Below the pieces are notes generated by a model. The model worked only from the letters and a program-made list of their open reading frames with translations, made no database searches and was not told the origin of the DNA. The position numbers and the translations under genes are program-made. A stretch of 64,000 nucleotides of DNA, from NCBI GenBank assembly GCA_963706025.1, contig CAVPLM010000005.1, positions 800,001 through 864,000 on the forward strand, read 5' to 3'. This document shows positions 63,818 through 64,000 of this stretch, in pieces; position 1 is the first letter of the stretch, and each line of letters opens with the position of its first letter. The stretch comes from an uncultured Actinomycetes bacterium (GTDB lineage Bacteria; Actinomycetota; Thermoleophilia; RBG-16-64-13).

Positions 63818-64000
63818 TTGTGGTCAGTCCACCTCCATCGCCGCGATCACCGAAGGGAGGAAGGCGGTGAAGTAGCGAACAACCTGGTCAGAAGAGCGAG
63901 ACAGGCGGCGCCGATCGCCATGTCGAAGCCGGTGCCGAACAAGAGCTGACCGGCTTCCGTCAAGTGCTGTTCCAGTGATCCAGCGGCCCCAGATCGATCC

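Noticed and set aside
63820-64000. Possible 3' end of a gene upstream of sulP
   Set aside because: No frame gives a recognisable product within the window.

Overview
GC-rich bacterial chromosomal segment. The leuA LEU element, SLH protein and anaerobic-type enzymes suggest an anaerobic Actinomycetota such as Thermoleophilia; this is inference, not a search result. Content is mostly metabolic: an Rrf2-metY-cysK sulfur cluster with thiF/moeB, a pabB-pabC fusion, acnA, leuA, nitrilase, two heterodimeric CoA-transferases, two 2-hydroxyacyl-CoA dehydratase subunits, an mce-meaB-pccA-pccB-mutase cluster, an acyl-CoA synthetase, radical SAM proteins, an ECF sigma/anti-sigma pair, putA, an agmatinase-family enzyme, arylsulfatase and SulP. 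There are three PIN toxin-antitoxin pairs. Many genes carry single-base frameshifts, probably read errors. No tRNA, rRNA, CRISPR, integrase or transposase was seen. Signals the ORF track misses: (1) a 38-codon single-TM peptide gene ending G8-UGA-G-L with a SECIS-like hairpin, under a CsoR-type operator and upstream of thiF/moeB; (2) a 90-bp, mostly synonymously diverged duplicate of a gene 3' end bracketing the 7.5-kb methylmalonyl-CoA cluster; (3) a 35-bp direct repeat around a CbrA-like gene; (4) a three-copy covarying palindromic MITE; (5) a hairpin cluster with complementary loops after the NYN gene; (6) a Leu-rich attenuator leader for leuA.
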